A stretch of 64,000 nt of DNA, taken from NCBI RefSeq assembly GCF_021028975.2, contig NW_025950341.1, forward strand, positions 868,001 to 932,000, given 5' to 3'. This document shows positions 12,351 through 25,849 of the stretch, one piece after another; the first letter of the stretch is position 1; each line of letters starts with the position of its first letter. A model generated the notes under the pieces. The model was not told where the DNA came from, searched no databases, and saw nothing but the letters and a program-made list of their open reading frames with translations. This DNA is from Sphaerodactylus townsendi (Eukaryota). Made by a program: the position numbers and the translations under genes.

Positions 12351-15300
12351 TTAGTTTCAACCCTGAATCAGTCCTCACAAAAGTGAGAACAACATATTAC
12401 CTATGGTAATCAGATCACCTATTATCAGATTACCTATTATCAGTCCTCACAACAGATTACCTATGGGTTTTTTTGTCAAACCAGTAAATTGGTGGCCTCT
12501 ATCCTACCACTCCAGTAAGCAAAGTGTCAGTGTGAATCCTACACCCCTATAGCTTTAGTGGTTCTTCTGATGCAGGATGAGCCTCTCAAGTTGAAGGAAG
12601 GCAACTTGCAAATTCTGAACAGTTAAAACTTTCTGGTCTATGCGAGTCAATGGATTTAGAAGAGAGTAACTCTGCTTAAAAATTTCACTGTTTGGATAGA
12701 GAAATATCCTCCAGCCCCAGATAGGGTATTGCAAATTAGTTGGTTGGCCATCTCAGCTTTGAAGTTTCCTTCTACATCAAAGCTTTCATCTTTTGTTCAG
12801 CAGCATCCAGTGAATATATTCTCAATCTGTTTTGCACCATGGAATACAATTATAATGTTACATCGCAACATTTTCCTAGGTTCATTCTGCACAGAAGAAC
12901 TTATAATAGCAGCTGTCTTCTGAAATCTACTTTATCGGCTTTATTGCATACCATGTCTCTTCACTCCAGGGCAGCATCTATGGAGGATATTCCTCCTTTC
13001 CATCACAGATGCAATCTTTCAGTTCACAATGTAAACTTAAGTTCAGTCAAAGTTTGTTTAAATCTGGGTTTTCAACAGATCTAAGTGATTGTATTTTAAT
13101 GTTCTTCATTATACAGTGCAGAGACCCATTTCAGATTCATGTGTTGGAATACATAAAAGAGGTTATTTTCTAAATATAATGCTGCCATTTAAGCCACCTG
13201 AAGGTCTAAAAGAAACTCATGTCCTGATGCTTTATTGGAATGATGTATCATGTGCAGACATCTCTGTAGCAGTAGTGCTATTGATCCAATCATATTTAAT
13301 AATGCATCGTGGCCTCAAAAATTTTATAGGCTATAGGAGCACCTGAAAGCAAGGAAGCACAAATGTAATACCCTTTAGACAGGTGTATTACACTGAAGTG
13401 CTAAGCCATATTTTCTACAGATTTTTGTAAATGCACAGCATGCAGTCTTTATAGAGAAGAGATGCTAAATGTAGACCAATTACACAGTATTTTTTTTGTG
13501 CGCCATTCTCCTGGCTGTAATGACATCCTGCAGTCACTTACATCACTAGGCATTTAGGTAAAGAAATGTTGTTAAGCAAAATGCCGGTTATTATGAAAAG
13601 TGGCAAGAAAATCATGTATTGCCCCCATGAGATCTCTGTGGCAATGAGCTCTGGGTCAGTTAGTGTCAAATGTGGAAGGGAAGCATTGCTTGTACAACAA
13701 CTGGATCTCAATATGCAGCATTTTCCCTTTCATCACAGAAATGAATGTTAACTATTGACTAAAATGGGAGGAAGTGGGAATGACACCATTAGAAAGAAAG
13801 ATTAACAGCACAATCCAAAGCTGTCAAGCGGGCAGGGAAGGCACCATTCCATAGTCGCTCCATCCACTCCAAAGGGCTTTCCCAACAATGCAGGAAGCCT
13901 GAAAAAACAAAACTCACTCTTAATTCTCCCAAAGGGAGAATAGAGATATGCCATGAAAATGGTGACGTACCTCTGATGCATGGGGTTGACTAGGCTTTGG
14001 AGACTGACAATGGTTGTCCCCACCCCATGAAATGCTCACACTATGCCAATGCCACTGGAGGCAGCATGGGAGTACCAATGCAAGGCCAAGTGCTGCCTTC
14101 ACAGAGAGCCACAGCAGCCCGACATAAGCAGATTCGCCCCTCCACCAGGGTAAGTGCCCCAGGGAGGGCATTTCAGTCAGTGTAAGTCTGCACTCCCTCC
14201 AGAGGGAGATTTGCCACCCTTGGATTGGGCTGCTCACCTGCTCTAGTGAGTATAATGATTCCAGTCACTGGCAATTGAGTGTGGCCTTGCCATTAGAGCC
14301 CACCAATTAATATGCATAAGGTCATTCTGTGTCATGCTGGAGCGTGATAGAATGTTGGCAAATCTTTAATAGTACGTATGGTACACTGCATGATCCTATG
14401 GCAAACCGAGGCAACATGAAATCAAATTTTGCATTTTATTGATCATCAACTCATCTGTTTGAGCCCAGAATTGCAATTTAAACCAAGGAGTCACTAGTCC
14501 AACTCAACACATTAATTATGACCATATTTACTTACATACAATGTCCTTTCCCCCCCTCATGCTGTGCTTTTTTCTCTCCCCAGCTCCTAGGTATCATTAT
14601 ACATTGGACAGCATCCTAAGACTCTACCTTCAGGGATGCTAGATGAGCCACATAGGCTGTACATGAGGAGAACAAATTGATGTACACTAACACCATACCT
14701 AAGCTGTTGCTTTTCCCAGTTATGACTTAATTAGTCCTACACCAGACTATGCCTTCTTTGTTGTCTTTACATAGCTGCTCTGCCTAATCCTAAAGTCACT
14801 GAAAATATATTGCAAATTTATGTTAAAAGAGAGAGAAATTATCCTCCTCCAGTTGACAGATGGATCCAATCATTTAAGCATAGAAGATGATGGGATCCAT
14901 CTGTCAACTGAGAATATAGAATTGTTTCTGGATAAAATTGTAGTATAGCGTATGGAATTTTAAGCTGAACGGTAGGCCTAGTTCTTGTGGAAAGAGAAGT
15001 AAGATTTTTTTTGAAAAAGCTTTCTTTGCCTCTCATTTCTTGGATAGAATATAAGAGAAGCAAAAACAGCTAGGTGTTATCTCTCTCCCTTCCTCAGATT
15101 TACATAGAGGATGGAGTCCTCAAGTATACATATGGTCCTTAATAGGTTGTTCAAATCAACATCTGCCTCCACACCTAGATGATAATAAAAAATCAGTGCA
15201 GATGATTGAATGTGGGGGGTATTGTTATACATGGAAGAACATGAAATCCTCTGTGGAACTTATTGTTATAAGCCTTTCTATTCCACCTGGTCTTGCTGGT

Positions 15301-15851
15301 GTTCAATTTGTTTGGGGAGGTTTTAGCACCACTTATACACTAGTGATGCAACCATACCAAAAACACATTCATTTTAATGGGAACAGTTTTCAGCACAAGG
15401 GAATTGAAAATGATGTAAAAATAATTATTCTTAAGATCAAGGAAGAAGAAAAAACAAAATGGGACTTTTTTTAGTTAAGCAGCCAGAATGAGAAATCCCA
15501 CATTCTTAACATATATGCCAGAGGAAGCCACAGCCTGTTACATCTCTATGAGAAATATGTATTTATTGACACATGGCTTCAGACATCTATTTCTCACATT
15601 CCTTTATGTGCAAATTAAAAACAAATACATAAATGCTTATGCAGGAGCTGGTACAGCCTCGAAGCGATGTGAATGAAATGTGACTGGGGATGTTGCCTGT
15701 TCAAGTCTCACCTGTATGATATGATCACCAAATGGTCATTGCTTGACCACTTTCTCTCAGACATATTTCCCCATCTGCAATTTGAGAATAACTCACCTAG
15801 CCTATCATTCAGTTATAAAATCAGCTGCCATGATACAGTGATAGATTTAAT

Positions 15852-16338
15852 CACCCTTTTGTCTAACTATATCAACAGGATTTATAACAAAGTACCAACT
15901 GAGGGTAGAATTTGCAGTTGTCAAAAAGGAGGTGTTGAAAACTCGGAACATATATTATTTGAATGCTCATACTATGATGAGATACGTTGGATGCTTCTGT
16001 CCTTTGACCAGACAAACTCTCCTTTGGCTAAGAAAGAAAAGGTTAAAATACTGTTAACAGATACCAATAAAAATCTAACGTATTCTGTTGCCAAGTTTGC
16101 CTGGATATCAAGTAAAATCAGGAAGGCCCAACAGAGTACTACTGGCTCTGCAAGATAATCCTTATTATTAATTATTATTAGACTGACATTCCACTCATTA
16201 TCTTGAGCTGATGTTCCTGAGGCCTATTATCTGCATTTTCTTAACTGTTTTAATCTGTATATTTGTAATATCTGTCAATTTTATGATTTTAATTCTTTTG
16301 GATCTTGCTGGTCAATGACCGTAAATAAACTATGATGA
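15852..16338 (+). mobile_element. RTE-X-like LINE 3' fragment
   Basis: C-terminal zinc-finger motif R.CSC...VE..EHILFEC.YY..IR; 3' end GCTGGTCAATGACCGTAAATAAAC(TGA)n; imperfect 13-bp TSD TGATAGATTTAAT/TGGTAAATTTAAT; clade name tentative. Confidence 0.75.
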
Positions 16339-18036
16339 TGGTAAATTTAATGGCAGCATGATAAGATTATGAATTTTAATCTCTCTATATTAATTAATTT
16401 AATATTTGTAAGTTCTGTTAAATTGATGTTGACTGATCTCTTTACTGTAATAAATGTTGAAGATGAATAGGTCTGAGTAGGCATCCAAATAGACCTGGAT
16501 AGGAAGGGAGTATCAATGACAAAGATTCACATTTCTTGTAAGGTAAGTGGATAAATTCACACTTGAGATAGCGTCTAATACTTCTTACTATCTATTGAAA
16601 TGTCTTGTGGCGCAACATAATCTTTTTTTTTAAAAAAAACCCTCAAATGGGTAGATTTAGTTTAGTGGATAGAATTTTCTCATTCTGCAGTTTCATATAC
16701 CTCATTACATTTCTCAAGAATTGATTTCCTTCACAGAGAATTAACTCACTTATGGTACTCAAAGAAAAATACTTATTTATTATTTAAACAGCTGGTCTGG
16801 TGGTTAAAATTGGAATTATCTTTTATTTATACTTTTTTTGTTTTCCACTTTAAATGTATTTCTGCATTTTTATTAATACTTTAGTTCATGTACATCTTAT
16901 TTTCTAGCCATGAATACACATTGTAAATCAGATTTATCCTTTAGAAAAAGCATTCTCAACTTTTTGAAATGTGCTCAAGAAATGAAAATCAAATTGCCAC
17001 ACACAAGATTTATTTATTTTAAACTGACACATACAAGGCTTATTTATTTTAAACTGAAGGTGCTGTGTTTTCTCACTGAGGAAAAAGTAGAACTTGGAAA
17101 TTATTCTTATATGGATGCTAGCGGTCATATTGTTTTTTCATTATTATTTGTTACCAAATGAAACAGAAGTCAAGCAAATACCTGAATATAACACTAGTTT
17201 GGTCAAGCAGTTTATCATCTATTATATATGGCAACAGCACATTGGTGTGGGTTTAAATGGGGAGGCAGCCAGATTTAAATTCCTAGTCACTGAGCACCAA
17301 TTTATATGTTGGAAAGACCATGGACACTTACAGCCATATCTAATGGGCCATGCACCTGGCTCCAGTGCCATGGCCTCACCAACCCACTGTTCCCAAGGAG
17401 GCTTCCTGGTGGCATGGGTGGCTTAAACACAAAAAAGCCTCACCACCACCAGGACTAGCACTGGCTCCTCCCCCACATTCCACCATCATGGAGGACCATG
17501 CTGGGTCACATGTCCCACAGAGGGCAAATCTGCCAGCATGGCTTCATGCTGCCCCCAGTGTCTAATTCACCAACCTACTTCAGATGGGGTCAAAAGAGTT
17601 TGAGTAACATGTACGTCTGGAGGTCCATGATGAGAACTGGAGTCCGAGGCATGCAAGGGCCCAATATAGATCAAAACCATTGTGTGTAACGAAAAGGAGC
17701 TTCCGCATACCTTGGTCAGTTGCTATTTGATTGGGAAAAATTGGCTGGGAAAAATTGTATGTAACCATGAGTAAATGTAAGTTTTCCTAGTAGGGAAAAC
17801 ACAGGCTCCCAGGAGATATTTCAGGTCAGGAAAGCAGCATGGAGGGAGAAGGCCGAAGCTCCTTGTCCTAGCGTATTCATGTACTTATTCAAATCTAGGA
17901 ACTCTCAGAACATCTGGACTTTGTAACATGTGAAGGGGTTCTTGAGCAGACTCAGAGAGAGAGAGGCATTGTAGAATACATAGCACACTATATTCAAAAT
18001 CAAATGCAAATAGCATTGTATTACATCCACTTAAGA

Positions 18037-18282
18037 TAGGATGCCAACCTCCAGGTGGGACCTGGGGAACCACCAGATTTCCAGCTCATCTGCAGACTAC
18101 AGAGGTTAATTCTCCTGGAGAAAATGGATGCTTTGGAGGGTAGACTTTATAGAATTGTATCCCACTGAGGTCCAGGTCCTCTCCAGGCTCCATCTCCAAA
18201 TCTCCAGGACAATCCCATCCTAGATCTGGCAACCCTACCCCCTCATCCCCAACTAGTGGCCAGGGGAAATATGATAACTGTA
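18037..18282. mobile_element. hAT-type MITE
   Basis: Left TIR TAGGATGCCAAC, internal GGCAACCCTA, degenerate right TIR; perfect 8-bp TSD ACTTAAGA (18029-36, 18283-90). Confidence 0.8.
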
Positions 18283-19049
18283 ACTTAAGATTAGTTGCCT
18301 GAATCATTAATGCTGTTTCCAGACTACAGTGAAATGAAATTTATGGATGAAGGAAGTTTGCTCACTCTTTCAAGACATGTACACCTCAAGCTCTCACTCA
18401 CCAACACAAAGGCTCTTCACAAGACAAAACTGTTTCTAGATTGTTCCCAAACTTTGAAGGGAGTTTAGCCAGCAATGTGGGGAATTGACTCTCACAGTGA
18501 TTTCATCTTTCTGTTGTATTCTTTAAAGATAGCCTGTGGTTACAGCTCTTATTTCCTCCTCAGTTGATATAGCAGTAACTGCTTGCTGTCAAGCCTCCAA
18601 AGCCCAGAACCTTAGAGGAGCTAAGCTTGAGAGGAAAAGACTTGCCTTTGTTCTGTAATGATATGGGCTGACCTTTCAACAATCCAGTACCCAGCTAGCA
18701 GATGCTGGGATTTAACTGGTTTCCTACTTTATCTGCTGCTTTGTTCTTGGAGTGTCAATAGTACTTTCTGAGTTTCTCTTCTTTTTATATAAGTTGCTAT
18801 GCTATTTAGAGGAAGCCTGGTTGGAAAAGACTGGGCCATGGCCCATTTCAACAACAGAGTGAAAATACCGCATTTTAATCCTATACTTAAGTCGCTACTG
18901 AATGCAAATTTTGCTCTTTTACTGCAGACCAACACACCTACCCAATTCAAACTAGAAAATGAATACACTTCACAAGGGAAAAAATGGTATGAAGAAACAA
19001 AACGGTGACAAAATAAAGAATCATGAGTTCAGTTCATATAAGACCCAAG

Positions 19050-19180
19050 CTCCTGTTTTGAGAACCATGCATTAGTTGCCTATTGGTCTCAAAGTCCAAT
19101 TCAAGATTCTGCTATTTACCTTTAAAGTCTTTCACAAGTTGAGGCTCGCATACCTGAAGGATCACTTCTGCTGGTATGAG
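19050..19180 (+). mobile_element. L2 ORF2 fragment
   Basis: Degenerate HW LPI....QFKILLFTFK motif (first W mutated to a stop). Confidence 0.65.
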
Positions 19181-19324
19181 CTTATATATCAGGTTTGCTG
19201 AGCACAGCAGTGTCTTTCAGTCAATCCAACTCCAACTAGGGGATATTTCACTGCAACCTATTCATGGGTTTATTTTTCCCTGGGGGCTGCTCCAATGTTA
19301 CAGAATTGCCTTTCAGAGTCAATT

Positions 19325-19412
19325 AGAAGAGAGATGCCAGCCACGGATTCAGGCAAAACATCAGGAGAAAATACTACTACACGGCCATACAACCTGGAAA
19401 ACCCACAACATT
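19325..19412 (+). mobile_element. Penelope-like element terminal fragment
   Basis: AGATGCCAGCCACGGATTCAGGCAAAACATCAGGAGAAA...GGAAAACCCACAAC; matches 40875-40965. Confidence 0.7.
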
Positions 19413-20789
19413 CTAGTCTTCAACTGCTTTCTAAAGATCGAAAGTGAGGGGGCCAGATGCAACTCCCTGGGGAGGTTTTTCCATACTTGTGAATGTCTTG
19501 AATTGGTGGTGGGTGCCTTGAATTTCAAAGCCTTTTCAATGGTTGTTTTTAATTTTGTTGTTCTTTGTACTTTAAAAATTGTTTTTATTCATCTTAGCTC
19601 CTATTTATCTGGGAGAAAGACAGATTTATGAATTGCCAGTTTTGCAGCCAGAGATTGGGAGCAGGTGGCAGAGATGCCAATAACATCATTGTTGTAATGT
19701 CATTCATTTCTAGTATTAACCCAGGAGTGACAAGCATGTGTCACTATGATGTCTCTTCTGTGTTCGCACCAGAAGTGATGTCACAGTGCTAGCACAACAT
19801 TTATTCATCCTCCCTATGCCCCTGCAAGCAACCAGGTTAAGTAAATAAACAAAGATGGGGGAGGGATTTAAAGATCAAAACAGCAGGGACAAGAAATTCA
19901 AAATAGTCTAAATTCCTGATTACACAAATGGAAAGTCTGTGATAGATGCTGCCATTTTTAATTACATAGCAAGAGAAGGATTTATTCCACTGTACATCTG
20001 TCCCAAATAAAACAAAAGTATATAATCAGCAAGATGGCTGGGCTGATAAATGTATTTACCTTCTTAATGAGCTTTGTTGAAATGGTTAGAATGATTAATG
20101 AGAATGAGCATGCCATCAGTAACCTTGAAAACCCAAATGTCAATATTTGGGCTAAAAAATCCTTTGCACAGCAAGGCATGATGCTTAGAGCTAAAGAAGC
20201 CTCAAGGGAACACCTGCTAGCTGATGAGCAGGCTTGTTTGACATGCTGTTATTTAAAGAGGATTAAATATTATGGGAAGAAATAATTGAGGCTTCGAACA
20301 AATGTTATTTTTGCTCAAGACCACAAGGCTCCTAATAGGTTCAATAGGATTTGACAATCTGATTGTTAAGTTTATGCACCTGGGTGAAACTCTTTGAACT
20401 GCTAGACATTTGGATCTCTCCTTCTGTCTTCACTGAAGGAAGATTTGATTTTTATTTCCATTAGTTTGTGTTAATTTCTAGGAATGCAATTATTTAGAGT
20501 AGTGGTTGTCAAGTCCGTTGGCCATAACGGAGATATTTTCCATGTCTACATGGCAGCTGAGGAACTACTAGGTGTCACAGAAGACTCAGGGTCATGGACT
20601 GGACATGAACTCAATTCTTCTGGATATCACATGTCAAGCTGGGTCCTTCAAGTTCCAAAAAAGTGTCTCCAGTGCTGCTTGGAGTCTAGAAACAGGCTCG
20701 GCATGGGCTCTGAACGGGCCAAAGAAGCCATTAAATAGAATGTGGTGGATATGGAGAGCCAATCAGATCTAGCCAGGCCTCTAATCTTT

Positions 20790-21175
20790 ATTGCTAATAA
20801 ATCCAATAGGAACTCTATCTCTCCTATGAGATATATAACTAAACTTGAAGTATTGAAACATCAAAGGGCTTTTACTTTGGTATAGTACCATGCCCTCCCT
20901 TCATAGTTCTGCCCTTGAAGGCTGATACGGGAAAACTCCTCATTGAGAGAATTTCCCTGTGGATCAGGGCACATAGAAATAATAGAACATGTATTTCTTC
21001 AATTTCAGTACTATAAAAATAATTTCATTTCACCACTGCTGCATATATTTTTAGGTCACACAGGTCAATTTTATGTTTCCTTGGTGCTTAAAGATACCAA
21101 TCTTGATATAACATACAATGTTGCCAGGTTTTGTGCAGCAGCACTTGAAATATGTTGCATGATAGTCTGTGCTAT
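20790..21175 (+). mobile_element. RTE-X-like LINE 3' fragment
   Basis: PCGSGHIEIIEHVFL..QYY ... YNVARFCAAA in ORF 20943; upstream RAFTL..Y.ALPS-like motif. Confidence 0.7.
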
Positions 21176-21300
21176 AAAACAGGGTTCAAAGTTTTACAGT
21201 CGAATCCAGAGCCCTGGGGCTGTTTCCAGAGGGCTTTTTGGTGGTGCAGTGAGACAAAACACAACAAAACCCTCCCTGCCGCTGAAAAAAACCTCCAAAG

Positions 21301-21532
21301 GAGCAGCAGTGGCACAGTGGTTAAGAGTAGGTGTACTCTAATCTGGAGGAACCGGGTTTAATTCCCGCTCTGCTGCTAGAGCTGTGGAGGCTTATCTGGG
21401 GAACTCATGCCAGCTGGATGACCTTGGGTTAGTCACAGTTCTTCTGAGCTCTCTCAGTGTTTGTTGTGGGGGAAGGTAAAGGAGATTGTCAGCCCCTTTT
21501 AAGCTCCTTACAAGTGAGAAAGGGGGGATATT
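21301..21532 (+). mobile_element. Squam3-like tRNA SINE
   Basis: TGGCACAGTGG A box, GGTTTAATTCC B box, TGACCTTGGGTTAGTCACAG core. Confidence 0.8.
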
Positions 21533-22025
21533 AATCTTTTTCAATGGGTTCAAAGTCCATGCCCCAGGCACAGCATCCCAGGAGGCTAAGCTGGGGTGGA
21601 AGGTGACTAAGGTTGGCTCCACACCAGCCATACTGGTGCAGCATCCTGTGCTGTCTAAACTGGGAAATGGTGGATGCTTCATGCTCTTAGGCGCCTAGGT
21701 ATCTGGCCTTCCACTGGCTCATTTGCCCCTTGCACCTACAGGGTGAGACCTGGGCTGGCTCATGGCTGCAACAGCTCCAGAGGCAAGTCCACCCCCACCC
21801 CCTTTGGATTGGGCTAATAATATTTTATTTACTAATTTCACTGCTCCCTTATGCCATGTTTCTTTTTGATATATAACATTTTATCCTATTCCATTTATGT
21901 TCCCATACCTTTTTGTGTTCCCAGTTTTCTTCTGCCAATAGATTATTTTTGATATATATTTACAGTTTGAATATATTTTATCATTTTAATTGTATCTCAC
22001 TTACCTTATGCTGGTTTATATTAAT

Positions 22026-22183
22026 NNNNNNNNNNNNNNNNNNNNNNNNNNNNNNNNNNNNNNNNNNNNNNNNNNNNNNNNNNNNNNNNNNNNNNNNNNN
22101 NNNNNNNNNNNNNNNNNNNNNNNNNNNNNNNNNNNNNNNNNNNNNNNNNNNNNNNNNNNNNNNNNNNNNNNNNNNNNNNNNNN
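22026..22183. other. Assembly gap (158 N)
   Basis: Run of N. Confidence 1.
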
Positions 22184-22552
22184 TTGGTCAATTTATTGGT
22201 ATGTCCTACTGAAGACAGTGGTTGGGAATGTGTATTTTCTATTTATATTTGTTGTGCCATTGTCGTGGCATTCAGGATCACAAATACTATAATGTAACTC
22301 TGCATTGACTGCTGCAGGAATCTCTAACATTTTTCAAGGGTGAGAACTTTTAAATGTTGAGAAAAGGACGTGGGTGCCACAACAAAATGGGGGGGGCAAT
22401 GACAAAAGGTCTGTTGAGGTGGCTTCAGCCAATTAAGTCTCAAACTAAGCACCCTTTTACAATGCAGGTTTCTGAATGGGACACCACAGTAATGCTTCAT
22501 GAACTCTTTAGAAGAACTTTCTGTCCTATAAGGTAAAGAACAGGGTCTAGGG

Positions 22553-22677
22553 CAGTGGTGGCAAACCTTTGGCACTCCAGATGTTATGGGCTACAATTCC
22601 CATCAGCCCCTGCCAGCCTGGCCAATTGGCCAATTGTAGTCCATAACATCTGGAGTGCCAAAGGTTCGCTACCAAGG
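22553..22677. mobile_element. hAT (Charlie-like) fully palindromic MITE
   Basis: CAGTGGTGGCAAACCTTTGGCACTCCAGATGTTATGG pairs with CCATAACATCTGGAGTGCCAAAGGTT; 8-bp TSD GTCTAGGG (22545-52, 22678-85). Confidence 0.9.
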
Positions 22678-23958
22678 GTCTAGGGTGCCCGACTCCCCCC
22701 CTCTGAGGCTGGGGACTGCAGTCTCTTCTGGCCTGCCCGGAAGGGGAGGACAGAAGGGACTGCTGGCTGCCGGCCGGTTGCCGGCTGGGAGTGGCTCAGA
22801 GAAAGACAATTAGAATCAGGACTTGCCATCACTTTGTTGTTATGAATTACTAACTTTGTCTCCCCACCCCAAATTGTGGTCTAAAACACATGAGGGCTAC
22901 TTTGCTAAAACACATCTAAGCCCTCCTATTCTAGTGGGCTTTTCTCCATTAGGACTAGCCAGTCAGATGCCTCAGCTTGGCAGGGCATCACTGGAAACTG
23001 CCAACCCCATTTATCTAGCACTAGCATCTCTCATTGCCTCTGAATTAGGAGATTTAATTCAGTTCTTGCAGCTAATCTTTATTGCTAGACCATGAATGTG
23101 TCAAATCATTTTTAACAAAAAAAAACCCCTATCTCAATGTGTACCATTTTACAGTTGAACAGAGGCAAGCTGACTTCACTCTGGGCCATGTTTCAACAAC
23201 AAGCTCTAAACAGTACAACTGGTCCTATCTCCTGAAAGATCCTAGTTACACCCCAATCCAATAGGATCCTTATGAGTATACACATACTTCTGATTAAGGT
23301 CCTATGAAACAGGTAGCTGATCAGTCTTTCACCGAGTGCTAAGATAACTGAACTGAGAGAAGTGCCAGGATATCTCTTGTTGCATTTCATTACTGCAAAG
23401 ATTAGAAGTAAACACTCCCATGCAATAACTACCTGGGAAGACATTTATGAGCCTGCAAACAAATGTGGAGGGGGGGGAGAGTTTACTGAAAAGCTGACAA
23501 GATACATTCCCACACATACTTCATGCAGAGTCTCTTTCAAGTACATCTGGTGACCACAGAGGCAGCTCCTTTTGAGGCAGCATGGGGTGAAGGTGCCAGC
23601 AGTTTCTGTTCCCAAAGGTAGCACCCCAAATACAGCTGGTCATCTCCCAATGCCGCTTCCCAGTTCAAATGCATTGAGTGGTGATCTGAAGCTGTGCAGC
23701 AAAACACCAACCATTGGCACAGGGTTGCCATTACCCACCAGAGATGAGACCAAAAGACACACCAGTCAGTGACATCACTGTTCCATGTCTTTAAAATAGT
23801 CTCTGAGAGGCCCTTGTTTTCCTCCACTTCATATGCACCCCTGTCTTTTGGGGTGACATAAGGGAGCTGTTGCACCATACAAAATGGTGCAGCATGTCAC
23901 TGCTCACTCAGCACATAGGTCCTTGACAAAGATGATGTTGTTCTCCTGAATGCACTTC

Positions 23959-24418
23959 TGTGTGTCTTAAGTGTCAAGTGACGTCGGACTCATAGCAACC
24001 CTATGAATCAGCGTCCTCCAAAACATCCTATCATTAACAACATTGCACAGTTTCTGCAGATTGAGAGGCTTGGCTTCCTTTGTAGAAGAATAAGAGGAAG
24101 AGTTTGGATTTACACCTCACCTTTCTCTCCTGTAAGGAAACTCATGGTGGCTTACAAACTCCTTTCCTTTCTTTTCCCAAACAACAGATACCTTGTGAAC
24201 AAAGTGGGATTGAAAAAGTTCTGTAACTAGCCCAAGGTTTATGTGTTTTATGTGGAGAACTGGGAAAACAAACCTGGTTCACCAGATTAGAGTCTGCCAC
24301 TCTTAACCACTACATCATGCTGAGTCAATCCTCTTTTCCTGATGCCTTCGACCTTTTCCAACAACTCTTATTATTATGTGATCAAAGTAGGATAGCCTCA
24401 GTTTAGTGATTTTAGCTA
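23959..24418 (-). mobile_element. RTE/BovB-type LINE 3' fragment interrupted by a SINE
   Basis: GTCAAGTGACGTCGGACTCATAGCAACCCTATGAAT and ATGTGATCAAAGTAGGATAGCCTCAGTT resemble an RTE 3' end on the minus strand. Confidence 0.7.
24084..24321 (-). mobile_element. Squam3-like SINE
   Basis: AGAAGA...AGTTTGGATTTA tail; head ...ACTCTTAACCACTACA. Confidence 0.85.
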
Positions 24419-25421
24419 GTAAGGACATGATACAGTTCTATTCCAGCTCATATACATCCATGCTTATGGGGTAGCAAAAAGAACCTGTTGTGCCATGCAA
24501 GTTGGTGCAGCATGCCATTGGGCGCCACACACAAAGATGATGTTGTTCTCCTGAATTCACTTCAATACTTGCTAAGTTAAGTATTTATGGAAAACACAGT
24601 TTATTTTTTATTTGCTACTGTAATTATGTATGACCTAAATAAGTTTTTATTCACCTCTGCCTGAACACACAGTGACATCTGGTAACTCAAGGCTTTCACA
24701 CATATAATTGCTATGCAAAAAGGTACTCAAGTGCATTCTATGACCAGCTTGCCAAAACCATAAGCATATTGTTGCTTAAATGGCAACAAATACCTTTGGG
24801 TGCCACACATCTAATTCACACCAACACATTCAATTCAAAAAAAGATACTCTGCTAAGAAATGAAAACTTGTCAGAATGCTTTAACACAGAAGCACGGTGC
24901 GTGCTGTCAGAAAGGTTTTAACACATGCCAAAGAAACCACTAATATGTTGCAGAACAAAGAAAGAAAAGGCTATTGGGATCATTAAGTTCTTCACCTTAC
25001 AAAGTTTGGATTAGCAATTTGCAAACCAAGTGCTGAGGGGACAGAGCAAGTATATTTTACCAGATGTGACCTTCCTAGTAAATGATAGTTGCTGTCCAGG
25101 GGTGGATCTCTTTTGTGCGAGGCCCTTTACCAATAATACACATTACTCAATTGCTGGGGTAATAAATTGGCCATAGCCATTTTATTGAGCAGAAGCATGA
25201 GGCTAAGCATGGGTCTGGATCTGGTCATACGGGTACATGCTACAGCTCAGCAGGGCGGGTACCCCGTCCCAAGCTTTGTTCTATTGTGGGGCTCTGCCGG
25301 GCAGATGCTCCTGGCCAGAGATGTTCCCCTTCGACCCAGTTCCCGAGGGAAAGGCGTAGCTCCCTAGCTCCCTTGCCCTTCCAGAGCCATACCCATGTGC
25401 CAAACTGCCAAGTATCTAGGC

Positions 25422-25849
25422 CAGGGGTAGGGAACCTTTAACACTCAAAGAGCCATTTGGACCCGTTTTCCACGGGAAAAGAAAACACTTGGAGCCGCAA
25501 ATAATTTTTGACATTTAAAATAAAGATAACACTATATATATATTTTTACCTTTTACTCCGCTCATTCTGAGAAGCGCATGGATGCGCCCGCCCTGCTGCC
25601 TGCAGGGTGGGCAAGGATGAAGCCGGTGGCTCGGCCTCGCCGGCCGCCGGGAAAACACCCACCCCACTCCAACAGGGCAGGCGAGAGGGGAAGCCCGTGG
25701 CGTGGCCCAGCCGACCATGGGCAGTTGGTGTGCCTGCCCTGCTGCCTGCAGGGCGGGCAAGGATGGGGCTGGCGGCTCGGCTCGTGGAGCCACAGTGCAA
25801 GGGCAGAAGAGCCGCATGCGGCTCTCGAGCCGCAGGTTCCCTACCCCTG
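25422..25849. mobile_element. Young hAT MITE
   Basis: Perfect 16-bp TIR CAGGGGTAGGGAACCT; perfect 8-bp TSD ATCTAGGC (25414-21, 25850-57); CpG-rich. Confidence 0.95.

Noticed and set aside
16998-17058. 30-bp tandem duplication (also the 12-bp x3 repeat at ~2955-2992)
   Set aside because: Real but ordinary slippage products with no further signal
18928-18986. Plus-strand exon (TNTPTQFKLENEYTSQGKK) with a good acceptor and a GTATGA donor
   Set aside because: Isolated, unrecognised peptide, no compatible neighbouring exons found
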